DNA of 64,000 bases from Malacoraja senta (lineage: Eukaryota): assembly GCA_038087875.1 (NCBI GenBank), contig CM075996.1, positions 10,232,001-10,296,000 on the forward strand, given 5' to 3'. The position numbers were made by a program, and so were the translations under genes. The notes under the pieces were generated by a model. The model was not told the DNA's origin, ran no database searches, and saw nothing but the letters and a program-made list of their open reading frames with translations. This document shows positions 49,052 to 60,354 of the stretch, piece by piece (position 1 is the first letter of the stretch; every line of letters begins with the position of its first letter).

Positions 49052-49659
49052 TTGGAATGTGACTAAGTGACACACAGTATAAAACACCGTGCAAATCTTT
49101 GTTCATTGAAGTGGTCACTCAGGGAGACAAGTGTCTGTTGCTTACTTGACTGGTGTATCCCCGTCACTTCTGCCGGCTGATGATCAGTAAAGCTTGAGTT
49201 GGTTTACCTAACCCATTGTGTTGTCTGTTATTAAGAAAAGGAACTTTATCACCATCAGGCTGATTTATATGCCACAAGGGTATATCGTCAGGCGGATAAT
49301 ACCACCAGGGTGCCGCATGATTGACAGCCTTGCCAACAGTCAGTCAGTTTTTTCGTCTTTTCTTTGTTATTTTTAGTGTGTTTTAAAGTTTGTTTTATGT
49401 GGGGGGGGGGGGGAGGGGGTCGAGGGAAACTGTTTTTCAGACTCTTACCTTGACGGAGATGCGACTGTTTTCCGGGTCATATCTCCGGTCGCTCTGCGGC
49501 CTAACATCATGGAGCTGGAGGCCTCGCTCGGGACTGAATTTGGGCCCCACCGCGTAATGACCCCTTCACCTACCTCCCCCTTCCCTGTGACACCCCCCCT
49601 CACCCCAGTACATGCCTATTTCACCCACTAACTTCCATCCTCCCAGTCACCGTAATCTC

Positions 49660-50470
49660 CTCGCTGACACCCATATCCCTCCAAACCTGTCCCATCCATG
49701 TACCTGTCTAATTGTTTCTTAAATGTTGCAATAGTCCCAGCCTAAACTACTTCCTCCAGAATCTCATTCCATACCCCTACCAGCCTTTGTGTGAAAAAAT
49801 TACCCCTCAGACTCCTATTAAATATTACCCCCTTCACATTAAACCCATGTCATCTGGTTCTCAATTCCCCCACTTTGGGCAAGAGACTATGTGTTTCCAC
49901 CCGCTCTACTTATCTCATGATTTTATACACCTTCATAAGATCACCACTTCTCCTGTACTCCAAGGAATTGAGTCCCAGCCCGGTCAACCTCTCCCTAAAG
50001 CTCATATCCTCGAGTCCTGGCAACATCCTTGTACATCCTCTGTGTACCCATTTCAACTTGACAACATCTTTCCTGTATCATGTTGGCCAGAACTGAACCC
50101 AATAGTCTAAAATGCAGCCTCACTGCATAACTGCAACATGACCTCCCAACTTCTATACTCAATACTCTGATCTCCAATGCCAAAAGCTTTTTTGACTACC
50201 TAATCTATCTGTGACTCCACCTTCAACGAACTATGTACCTGCTCTTCTAGATTTCTCTGCTCTACAATACTCCCCAGAGCCCAACCATTCACCGTGTAGG
50301 TCCTGCCCATGTTAGACTTTCCAAAATGCAACCTCATATTTCTCCAAGTTAAATTCCATCAACCATTCCTCAGCCCACCCGGCCAACTGATCAAGATCCT
50401 GTTGTCATTTTTGACATCCATCTTCATTATCTGCAAAACTACCCCTTTTGTATCCGCTACAAACTTGCAA
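49660..50470 (-). mobile_element. Degenerate CR1 fragment
   Basis: Reverse complement of CR1 ORF2 C-terminal sequence. Confidence 0.8.
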
Positions 50471-51219
50471 AATCTATTCACTTAATTGAAGTGACTTAAT
50501 TCACAGAATCATACAAAGACCCGTGGATATGGCTGCCTTCAATATATGTAGAATGCATAAATTGTGGGGACCATCTTAAAGATAAAATCCTGAGTTCAGA
50601 GTAATTTAGTGACCTGTTCAAAAAGAAAACCTCACCTGCGCTTTCTACCACGGAGTAGGAAAGGTCAAATAAATATTGCAGATAGACACAAAGTGCTGGA
50701 GTGACTCTGCGGGTCAGACAGCATCTCTATCAGGATGCATCACAGCTTAGTTTCAGAACAGCTACATCCAAGAACGCATGCGAATTGTGGACTCGGTACC
50801 AGATGGGGCGTCGAAGGACGAGAAGCCGAAGCGAAGATGTGGAAGCAAAGATGCCGAATGGAAATGACGCCGAAAAGCCAAATAACCGAACTGACACAAT
50901 GCCGAAAAGCCCAAATAACTGAATGGCCGCGACGTCGAAAAGCCAAATAACCGAATGGACGCGATGCCAAAAAGCCAAATAACTGAACGGGAGTAACGCC
51001 AAAAAGCCAAATACTCGATGCTGAAAAGCTAAATAATGGACATGACGTCTCCGGGGACATGATTTGTCCGAGACCTTGTCAGCGATTTATCCAGACCACC
51101 GTGTCCATCACATCACTGGCCGGGGGAGACGGGAGGGTTCTTGAATTTTCCTTCGCCGCTCTTGGACTGCCAAAGATCATAGAGCAGATCATTTTTGTAA
51201 GCGTTGATGGTGATCAAGA

Positions 51220-51536
51220 TCTCTCTCTCTCCCTCCCTCTCCCCCTCTCCCCCTCTCTCTCTCCCCCTCTCTCTCTCCCCCTCTCTCTCTCCCCCTCTCT
51301 CTCTCCCCCTCTCTCTCTCCCCTCTCTCTCTCCCCCTCTCTCTCTCCCCCTCTCTCTCTCCCCTCTCTCTCTCCCTCCCCTCTCTCTCTCCCCCTCTCTC
51401 TCTCCCCCTCTCTCTCTCCCCCTCTCTCTCTCCCCCTCTCCTCTCCCCCTCTCTCTCCCCCTCTCTCTCCCCCTCTCTCTCCCCCTCTCTCTCCCCTCTC
51501 TCTCCCCTCTCTCTCCCCTCTCTCTCCCCTCTCTCC
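51220..51536. repeat. Pure pyrimidine (CT/CCCCT) microsatellite, about 315 bp
   Basis: Only C and T on the + strand. Confidence 0.95.
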
Positions 51537-51750
51537 ACAGAATCATTTGGCATTTTGCAAAGTCAACTTCATCTGCAGTTCCTTCAGAATTGAAGAAGAA
51601 CCCTAGCCCGAAACAACTCTTAATCCATTCCCTCCACAGCCTAGCACGCTGAGTTCACCCAGCACTGTGTTTTATATTTAACTCTGAAATTGAAGATAGA
51701 CACAAAAAGCTGGACTAACTTAGGCAGCATCTCTGGATAGCAGGAATGGA

Positions 51751-51780
51751 TGACGTTTCGGGTAGAGACCCTTCTTCAGA
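51751..51780 (-). ncRNA. Minimal type-I hammerhead ribozyme motif (Penelope-associated), best-preserved copy
   Basis: Minus strand: T-CTGAAGA-A-GGGT-ctct-ACCC-GAA-ACGT-C-A; core intact, palindromic ACGT helix III, weak helix I. Confidence 0.55.
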
Positions 51781-52019
51781 CAATCAGAAGTACTCTCACG
51801 ATGAGAGTTCAGTTCACAGACACTCCACCTCTTCTTCAATAGGAAGGAACTGCACATGCGTCGTGTACTTGGGTTTTCAGCGTTGCGCCCATTCGGTTAT
51901 TTGGGTTTAGGGCGTCGCGTCGGTTAGGTCATTTGGCTTTTCGGCGTCGCGTCCGTTAGGTATCTTGGCTTCCACTTCTTTGCTTTGGCTTCTCGTACTT
52001 CGACGCCCCATCTGCACAT

Positions 52020-52480
52020 GTTGGATGCAGCCCAGACTATCACACAAACCAACCTCCCTTCCATTGACTCCATTTACACATCACGCTGCCTCGGATAGGC
52101 CAGCAGCATAATCAAGGATGAGTCGCATCCCAGCCACTCCCTCTTCTCCACTCTCCCATCGGGCAAGAGGTACAGAAGTGTGAAAAACGCACACCTCCAG
52201 ATTCAGGGAGTTTCTTCCCAGCTGTTATCAGGCAACAGAATCATCCTACCACAACCAGAGAGCAGTCCTGAACTACTATCTACCTCATTGGTGACCCTCG
52301 CACTATCCTTGATCGGACATTATTGGCTTTACCTTGCACTAAACGTTATTCCCTTATCATGTATCTGTACACTGTGGATCGCTGGATTGTAATTATATTT
52401 TATCTTTCTGCTGAATGGTTAGAGTGCAACAAAAGCTTTTCACTGTACCTCGGTACACGTGACAATAAACTAAACTGAAC
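52020..52480 (+). mobile_element. Rex1-like LINE 3' end
   Basis: ataatcaaggatgagtcgcatcccagccactccctcttctccactctcccatcgggcaagaggtacag; tail gtacacgtgacaataaactaaac. Confidence 0.75.
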
Positions 52481-52637
52481 TGGATGCTGAGTTGGTGTGT
52501 GGAAAGATGGCAAATTTGAGAGTGGGAATGCGTGGTGAGGAGAAAGCAAGGCATATCCACACATATTTGGGATCAAGCACAAAATATTTATTACATGTTG
52601 TTTTGTTGTCACCTGCAACATTGCTTCAGATCAGGAA

Positions 52638-52935
52638 GGGCGGTACGGTGGCGCAGCGGTAGAGCTACTGCCTTACAGCGCCAGAGACCCGGGTTTAATC
52701 TTGACTACCGGTGCTTGTTTTCCCCGTGACCTGCACGTTCTCCACATGACCTGCGTGAGTTTTCTCAAAGATCTTTGGTTTCTTCCCACATACCAGAAAT
52801 GTACAGGTTTGGAGGTGATTTGTTTTGGCGTGAATGTAAAATTGTTCCCAGTGTGTGCAGGGTAGTGATAATGAGATCACTGGTCGGTGTGGACTCGGTG
52901 GGCCAAAGTGCCTGTTTTTATGATCTATCTCTGAA
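52638..52935 (+). mobile_element. HE1-like V-SINE
   Basis: ggcggtacggtggcgcagcggtagag...gagacccgggtttaatc. Confidence 0.8.
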
Positions 52936-53065
52936 CCAAAATCAACTTATAGTAATTGAGCTTCAAGGCAAATAATACAGGAAAAGGATTCATGCTTGGA
53001 AAATGTCAACTCAGCACACTGTCACCATTTCATTTAAATAATTAAAAAACCCTCTGGCTACTTAC

Positions 53066-53364
53066 CAATGACTTCAAGAGTTAGAATTCTGGTCCTCTGT
53101 GGGTCTAAGTCCACCGTCATTTTATAGTGGCCACTGTCTCCTTTACCAACATCTTTTAATTGAAAGAATCCATCGGATATGTTAACTTTAATTCGATTCC
53201 TGTAGTTTTCAAATATGTTGATATTTCCTTCATGCACCTCGGTAATGAGGAGATTCCGACTGGAATCTGAGAAGTCCCAGTGGACATTTTTGAATTTCTT
53301 ATCAGTTCCGGGGATGGAATAGAGGAACCCGTGGCGGCCAGCTTGCTGTCTCTTGGCCACTGAG
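53066..53364 (-). CDS. IgV-type (disulfide-less) domain exon of the CD2/SLAM-like gene; apparent 1-bp deletion near 53316-53320
   Basis: tcttgcag| 299 nt |gtaagt; phase-1 start AQWPRDSKLAATGSSI then shifts to SIPG...VHWDF...YRNRIKVNISDGFFQLKDVGKGDSGHYKMTV...LTLEVI. Confidence 0.85.
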
Positions 53365-53659
53365 CTGCAAGACAATGAATTAATTCAAACAGTATCACAC
53401 CTGAGATAAGTAGGAAGGAACTGCAGATGCTGGTTTAAACCGAAGATTGACACAAAAAGCTGGAGTAACTCATAGGTGACATTTCGGGTCTCAACCCGAA
53501 ACGTCACCTGTTCCTTTTCCCCCAGAGATGCAGTCTGACCCGTTGAGTTACTCCAATATTTTTGTGCCACATGAGATAGATGAACACACACACATAGATG
53601 TCCAGTGTTTACCTTAGCTACCACACAGTACTTACAGTAAAGAAAGTGCCATTTAGCTT

Positions 53660-56600
53660 AAGTAAGTTTATTATAGCCACCTGTCTTGTTACCTTTAATT
53701 GTTATCTGCCTGTGTTAATGTGGGTGGAGTTATTTAAGTAGTCTGGGGGTGTTTTTAGCCTGAAGAGTCTAGCGCAGACGCGCAGATACATTAGTTTCAG
53801 TTTGATGTCAGAGCCATGAGATGATACCGTTTTCTACCATGTCTATGACACATTATCATCATGAACACCAGCATGATTGAGATGATGATTAAGAACAGAA
53901 GTTAAGAGTTATTTCATTGTTCTATTTCTACAATAAAGATGCTATTAATCAACAAACTACGTCTGGAACATTCATCATTGCTATCTCAGGAGTGTCGTGA
54001 CGAGCGTGAGATTACTTTACTAATGGCCTCTGACATATTAGTGGCTTAACGAAGGTTGAATTTAGGGATGCTTTAAAACGCTGTCACTATATTTTTAGTA
54101 GAAAACTATTCCAAGAGAGGATTAACCAGAAAAACTGACCAAAAGTGGAATAAAAAGGACTGTTACTAAAGATTTGTTCCACAGAGGGGGGACCTGACGA
54201 AGCTGGATCTCCAGCCAGAGATTACAGCCTGATTCTTGGATTAAATAATCCACCAGCCAGCAGGCTAATAGGTTGAACGCCTGGGTCATCGGAAGAAAGA
54301 AGACTTAATTGACCGAGAAAGGGCCATGAGTAGCAATCTATTGCTTGCTATATATCAGAAATATCAGAAGTTTAAGTCTAAAAACCTGTAACGGATTCTG
54401 CAAAAGTTTGGAAAGCAGTCAGAAGCATGTTTTTATTGGCTTGAAGATAACAGCCAGCATTGATCCATACGACCTTGAAAATAATTAGATTTTATGAATT
54501 TCTATAAGATAAGTCGTGCTCAGCAAATGAATGTTTACGTCAGCCACTGGCAAAGAAGACCTTCATAACTTTGGAATTAATGATGTGTTTTCAAGAAAAC
54601 CAGTTTGTTTTCGAACTCTGCAGATTGTTTTACATTCCAGTCCAATTAAGAATACAGCTGGACGTAAGCACTTCATTACGCCGAAACGCTATTATGCAAC
54701 ACATCCTTAAAGGAACAGCCTGCAAAATTATGAAGACATGTAAGTACGAAGAGGAGTCAGAAGCTGGAGCTGTGGAGAGAAGATATGAGAAGAGAGATAT
54801 CAAGTAAACTGAGAAGGGGGAAGCAGCCTACCTAGAAAGAACCCAGACGGATAGAGACAAGTTGCTGAGTTTACAACTGCCTGAGGAAGAACTCAAAAGC
54901 CACACTCTTTCCTAGAAAGAGTGGAATTTTTCCAATGAGTTGGTAGATTATGTGCAGAAGTGGTTACTTGAAATCGAGCAATTGAAAGTGCGATGCAACA
55001 AGGTGCTGAAATGGAAGAGGAGATTACACCACATGATAGGATCTCAAATGTATCTACACAAAGATCAAGACAGAAATCTGGTTCTGTAGCCAGTTCAGCG
55101 TCAAGGGCCTCTGCTTGAATGGAAGTCGAAGCTGATTTAGCAACAAGCGGATGCCTTGGAGAAGAAATATGAGATTGAGCGACATGAAGAACAGCTGAGA
55201 GGACAAGAAGAACAGCTGGAACTAGCCACAAAGTTGGCGGTTGCCAAATTGAAGGAGATAATGGAAAGTCAGGGTTCAAGATGCGGCTTGAAAATATATC
55301 AGAAGAAGAGTTCCTTAGTCCAAGAAGGAGCTGCTAAGCTGAAAGCTACAGCTAAATCAAATCTACAGCCAGAGGATATCTGGCCTCGTGACTCAGAACT
55401 GGCACGGAGCCAGTTGATGGGTGACAAAAACTTCATCTCAGCAACTGGGAGCTAGACCGAAGCAAAAGACTTATGGGGCGTCTGTCGAGGCTTGGGGCAA
55501 ACCAGCAACTCAGTACTCTTTTCAGAGGCCTGATACACAGGCTCGAGAAAGCCAACATTGGCAGATGCCTGCCTGCGTATCATCCATTTGTGCCAGTCAG
55601 GGACAAACAACTAGTCATAGGAAGTGTGACAAAACTTCCTCAGACCAGTGTTCTTTTCAGAGTCCTGTTTATCGTCTGTCTGCACCAAGCCAAGGATCTC
55701 AAGGTGAATTCTATGAATTGGTGAGGAATCAAATAAAAATCAGCTAGCTCATAGCTCAATAAAATCTCTCATCCACCCTACCACCAATAGAAATTCCTAG
55801 ATATGATGGTGATCCTTTGCAGTACGAAGCTTTCATAATGGCGTTTCATGAAGGAGTAGAAATGAAAACTACTGATGAAAGAGACCACTTACAATTTCTG
55901 GTGCATTACACAAGCGGACATGCAAAGGTGCTTGTAGGGTGTTGTCGTAATAGGCCTGGAGGCCAAGGCTATCTGAAGGCAAGAAGGTTGCTTAAAAAAT
56001 GTTATAGTAATGAACAGAGGATTGCTAATGGATACATGAAGAAGGCCTATGCTTGGAAATATATCGTCATCATTCTAAAACTGCCCTATAGGCTTAGAGG
56101 TAAGTGGAAAGATAGGGCAAGCTGGATAATGGAAGTGGAGAATTCAGAAGCCATGTTGCTTGACCTGGTGGCTTTCTTAGAAATGGAAGTACAGTTCATC
56201 AAGCGACTTTGAGTCCTGAAAAGCGCTATATAAATAAAATCTATTATTATTATTATTATGTTAAATCCACGCCTTGGGAATATTCAAGGAATAAACAAGC
56301 AACTGCTAAAGGTTCTAACTTTAGTAAAACAAAAGGAAGATCAGGACCTAAAGGGGCTGTCCCACTTGAGTGACCTAATTGGCGAGTTTAGAAGAGTTTG
56401 AAAAAAATGACATGTTGAAGACCTCCTTCGACTATGTAGAAGACCTCCTTCGATCTCCTTTGACTATGTTGAAGACCAGCTTTGACTATCTACGACTAGC
56501 TACGACTAACTTCGGAAAAATTGGACACCAAATAGTGGAGAGTGAAGATGACCTCATTCGATCTCCTTCGACCTCCCTTCGACTATGATGAAGACTATCT

Positions 56601-57257
56601 ACGACTACCTTCGACTACCTACGACTAACATGACGACCTACTACGACTAAACCTACGAGTAAAAAAAGTATAGATTTTTTTCCATGGCGACCTTTTTTTA
56701 CTCGCGGGCATTTTTTAACATATTGAAAAACACGCCGCGACCTAGCTTAGGCCTCGAGTACGCAGAGACCACTCTCGAGCATGAAGGAGAGTTACGAAGA
56801 CCTCCTACGACCTCGTGTCGACCATGCTGCGAGTATGAGTCGAGGGAAAACTCGCCAGAACTCGTGGATTAGGTCGCCCAAGTGGGACAGGCCCTGAAGG
56901 AATGCAGTTTTGCTACCGCTATAAACACCTGTGGAAACGACAGAAGGAATGAAAGGAGATACATCTACTATCAAGCAAAAGGGATTTTGTTTGTTATGTG
57001 ATGAGGTTGGTCACACCATAAGATGATGTCGAAGATTAAAGGAGAAGGCATATAAAGAAAAGATGAACTTCTTAAAGGAGAAGGGAATCTGCTTTGGATG
57101 CTTGAAGAAAGGACATATAGTTAAAGACTGCAAGAGTCCTATAACTTGCGATAAGTGTAAACAGGATCATCCTGGATTACTTCACACTGAACAGAAGAAG
57201 ACACAAAAGAAGCCGGAGCAAATAGAACAGAAGGAGAAGCCAGCTACTAGTGATTAA
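53660..57257 (+). mobile_element. BEL/Pao LTR retrotransposon relic (probable LTR/leader plus gag), 3'-truncated
   Basis: PPIEIPRYDGDPLQYEAFIMAF...LQFLVHYTSGHAK (DUF1759-like); KLPYRLRGKW; zinc knuckles CFGCLKKGHIVKDC..CDKCKQDHPGLLH; 5' boundary approximate. Confidence 0.8.
56352..56895. mobile_element. PIF/Harbinger-type MITE inserted in the BEL gag
   Basis: TIRs aggggctgtcccacttg / caagtgggacaggccct; TAA/GAA flanks; internal (cttcgact/acgac) repeats. Confidence 0.75.
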
Positions 57258-57527
57258 TAATGTAAATTAGAAAGAAACTTGACATTGAAGAACAAGGTAG
57301 CACACCAGCACCTCCACTTATTAAAGTGACAAAGGAAGTTCAGTAATATCTCCAATAACTCTTATCAATGTCTACAGATGCACAGTAGAAAGCATACTAT
57401 CAGGTGGTAAATTCAGATTTTATTCTCTCGGTCATCGGCAGCTGAGGGAGTACTATAGACAAGACAATAGAAAATAGAAGAATATAGACAGTACCCAATA
57501 AAAGTTTGTAAAATTGTGAATGGCATA

Positions 57528-59468
57528 CAGTGCCCTCCATAATGTTTGGGACAAAGACCCACCACTGATTTATTTCCCGTTGTACTCCTCAATTTTATAT
57601 TTGTAATAGAAAAAAAATCACATACGGTTAAAGTCCATATTGTCAGATTTCAATAAAGGCCATATTTATACATTTTGGTTTCAACATGTAAAAATTACAG
57701 CAGTGTTTATACATACTCTCTCCCCCCCCCCCCCAATTTCAGGGCACCATAATGTTTGGGACACATGCTTCTGAACCTTCTGAATTTTGTAGTCGGCAGG
57801 GCAGTACTCTGCATATCGTCAACTTGGACAATTTTTACATTTTTATCAAGCCAATTAACCTACAAACCTGTACGTCTTTGGAGTGTGTGAGGAAACCGAA
57901 GTACTCGGAGAAAACCCACGCAGATCACGGGGAGAACGTACAAACTCCATGGAGACAGCACCCATAGTCGGGATTGAACCCACGTCTCTGGCGCTGCATT
58001 TTGCTTTAAGGCAGCAATTCTACCGCTGTGCCACCGTGACTGCCCTGTGATGCCATGTAAATGAAAGTAGTCATGTCAGTATTTTGTTCCATATCGTTTG
58101 CATGCAATGATTGCTTGAAGTCTGCGATTCATGTAAATCACCAGTTGCTGGGTGTCTTCTCTGGTGATGCTCTGCCAGGCCTGTATTGCAGCTATCTTTA
58201 ACTTATGCTTGTTTTGGGGGCTAGTCCCCTTCAGTTTTCTCAGTATATAAAAGACATGCTCAATTGGGTTCAGATCGTGTGATTGACTTGGCTACTCAAG
58301 AATTTACCATATTTTAACTTTGAAAAACTCCTTTGTTGCTTTAGCAGTATGTTTGGGATCACAGTCTTGCTGCAGAATGAACCGCCGGCCAATGAGCTTT
58401 GAGACATTTGCTTGAACATGAGCAGATAGGATGTGTCGATACACTTCAGAATTCTTTATGCTACTACCATCAGCAGTTGTATCATCAATGAAGATATGTA
58501 AGCAAGAACCTACAGCAGCCATACATGCCCAGGCCATAACACCCCCACCACCGTATTTCACAGATGAGGTGGTATGCTTTGGCTCTTGGACAGTTCCTTC
58601 TCTCCTCCATACTTTGCTCTTACCATTACACTGATACAAGTTAATCTTCGTCTCATTTGTCCACAAGACCTTTTTCCAGAACTGTGGTTGCTCTTTTCAG
58701 TACTTCTTGGCAAACTGTAACCTGGCCATCCTATTTTTGCGGATAACCAGTGGTTTGCATCTTGCAGTGTAGCCTCTGTATTTCTGTTCATGAAGTCTTC
58801 TGCGCACAGTGGTCATTGACAAATCCGCACCCGACTCCTGAAGAGTGTTTCTGATCTGTCAGACAGGTGTTTGGGGATTCTTCTTAAATAGAGAGTGAAT
58901 TCTTCTGTCATCAGCTGTGGAGGTCTTCCTTGGCCTGCCAGTCCCTTTAAATTAGTAAACTCACCAGTGCTCTCTTTCTTCTTAATGATGTTCCAAACCG
59001 TGGATTGGATTCCAAGCCTAAGGTTTGGCTGATGTCTCCAACAGTTTTATACTTGTTTCTCAGTCTCATAATGGCTTATTTGACTTTCATTGGCACAACT
59101 TTGGTCGTCATGTTGATAAACAGCAATAAAAGTTTCCAAAGGTGATGGAAAAACTGGAAGAAAGACTAGGTGCTGAGAGCTCTCATACCTGCATTAAGGA
59201 GGCATTTGAACACACCTGAGCAATTACAAACACCTGTGAAGCCATGTGTCCCAAACATTATGGTGCCCTGAAATGGGGGGGACTATGTATAAACACAGCT
59301 GTAATTTCTACATGGTGAAACCAAAATGTATAAAAATACCCTTTAATAAAATCTGACAATGTGCACTTTAACCACGTGCTTTTTTTCTATTACAAATTTC
59401 AAATTGTGGAGTACAGAGGCAAATAAATAAACGATGGGTCTTTGTCCCAAACATTAAGGAGGGCACTG
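57528..59468 (-). mobile_element. Tc1-family transposon with both IR/DR-type TIRs and TA TSD; transposase disrupted; SINE nested at about 57830-58040
   Basis: TA|CAGTGCCCTCC...GGAGGGCACTG|TA; outer and inner DR ccataatgtttgggaca; ORF WTNETKINL...KYGGGGVMAW...ILQQDCDPKHTAK. Confidence 0.92.
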
Positions 59469-59499
59469 TAAATAGACACACATAACCTTTATTCCTAGG

Positions 59500-60133
59500 G
59501 TGCAAATGTCAAAGAAGAGTAAACTGGATTAGTACAGGAACGCTGAGGCCCTGTATACGAAGGGACAGAGCAGCAGCACTTTTTAAGAAGTCTCTGCTCC
59601 TTCAACGTCTCCACTAAGATGCTGCAGATGTTATACCAATTGGTGGGGATCACTGCCATCTTCTTTGCAGCCCCATGCTGGGCCAGCAGGGCAAGGCCAC
59701 GGACGCCAACCACGATTAACAAACTCATCAGGAAGGCACGCTCCATCCTGGGCATGGAGGTGGATTCATGGGAGGAGGTCTTGGAGTGGAGGATGCTCCT
59801 CAAACTGCGGAGCATCTTGGACAATACAGCTCACTCTCTCCATGACACACTGGGCAACCTGAGGAGCACCTTCAGTAACAGACTGGTTCCACCATGATAC
59901 AGTACAGAACGCCACAGGAGATCCTTCTTCCCTGTAGCTATCAAACTGTACATCTCTTCACCCTTCTGTTGTGGGGTAGACTGACTCTCCTCCCACCCCC
60001 AATCTTTGCACTCGTCACTCCAATCCTATCCACTCGTCACTTTAATTTCATGTTTCATGTATCTTGTGTTTTATGACTGTTGGCAGACCAATTTCCCTCC
60101 TGGGATAAATAAAGATCTATCGTATCATATCGT
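59500..60133 (+). mobile_element. Rex1/Babar-like LINE 3' portion
   Basis: IFFAAPCW...INKLIRKARSILG...ILDNTAHSLHD...STFSNRL; (tatcg)n-like tail. Confidence 0.8.
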
Positions 60134-60354
60134 AGAGGATTGATTGTGAAGGTCAGATGGGGAAGTTTCACGAAGAAAGGATTAGTTTAATTTGGGATCA
60201 TGTTTGACACAGACATCAGGTCCTAACATCAATTGTTCTATTGTTCAATTTAGAATTATATTTCTACGAATGCGTCTTTTTTCCCCCCAACTTGAACAGT
60301 CTTGAGCCAGATTGCAGTCACCACCTGCTTACAGAGACTCAGAAGTAATTTTAC

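Larger units (their letters stand above)
46505..49251 (+). mobile_element. Internally deleted endogenous retrovirus (class I/epsilon-like) with two LTRs
   Basis: TG...CA ends, TSD CCAT (46501-46504 and 49252-49255); 5' LTR 46505-about 47150, 3' LTR 48157-49251; integrase C-terminus (PGDDVLIRNW...PYQVLLTTPTAVKV); env 5' remnant (MLLVLLTVLT, C*VC...GIPLVPIPLN); PPT aagaggagg. Confidence 0.88.
50795..52015. mobile_element. Foldback-type non-autonomous element with long, internally repetitive inverted arms
   Basis: Left cagatggggcgtcgaaggacgagaagcc...(gccgaaaagccaaataaccgaa)n; right arm (about 51870-52013) is the reverse complement, ending ggcttctcgtacttcgacgccccatctg. Confidence 0.7.

Noticed and set aside
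50860..51030. Direct repeats with short variable spacers (CRISPR-like)
   Set aside because: Spacers are only about 6-10 bp and the array is mirrored at about 51870-52010, so these are subterminal transposon repeats.
51059..51652. Several ORFs of PLSL/EREG repeats
   Set aside because: Translation of a CT microsatellite; no coding signal.
53612..53653. ATG GCA CTT TCT TTA CT|gtaagt as a phase-2 first exon rescuing the IgV frame
   Set aside because: Gives no signal peptide and violates the phase-1 rule for Ig exons; a proper conserved leader exon exists at 60355-60415.
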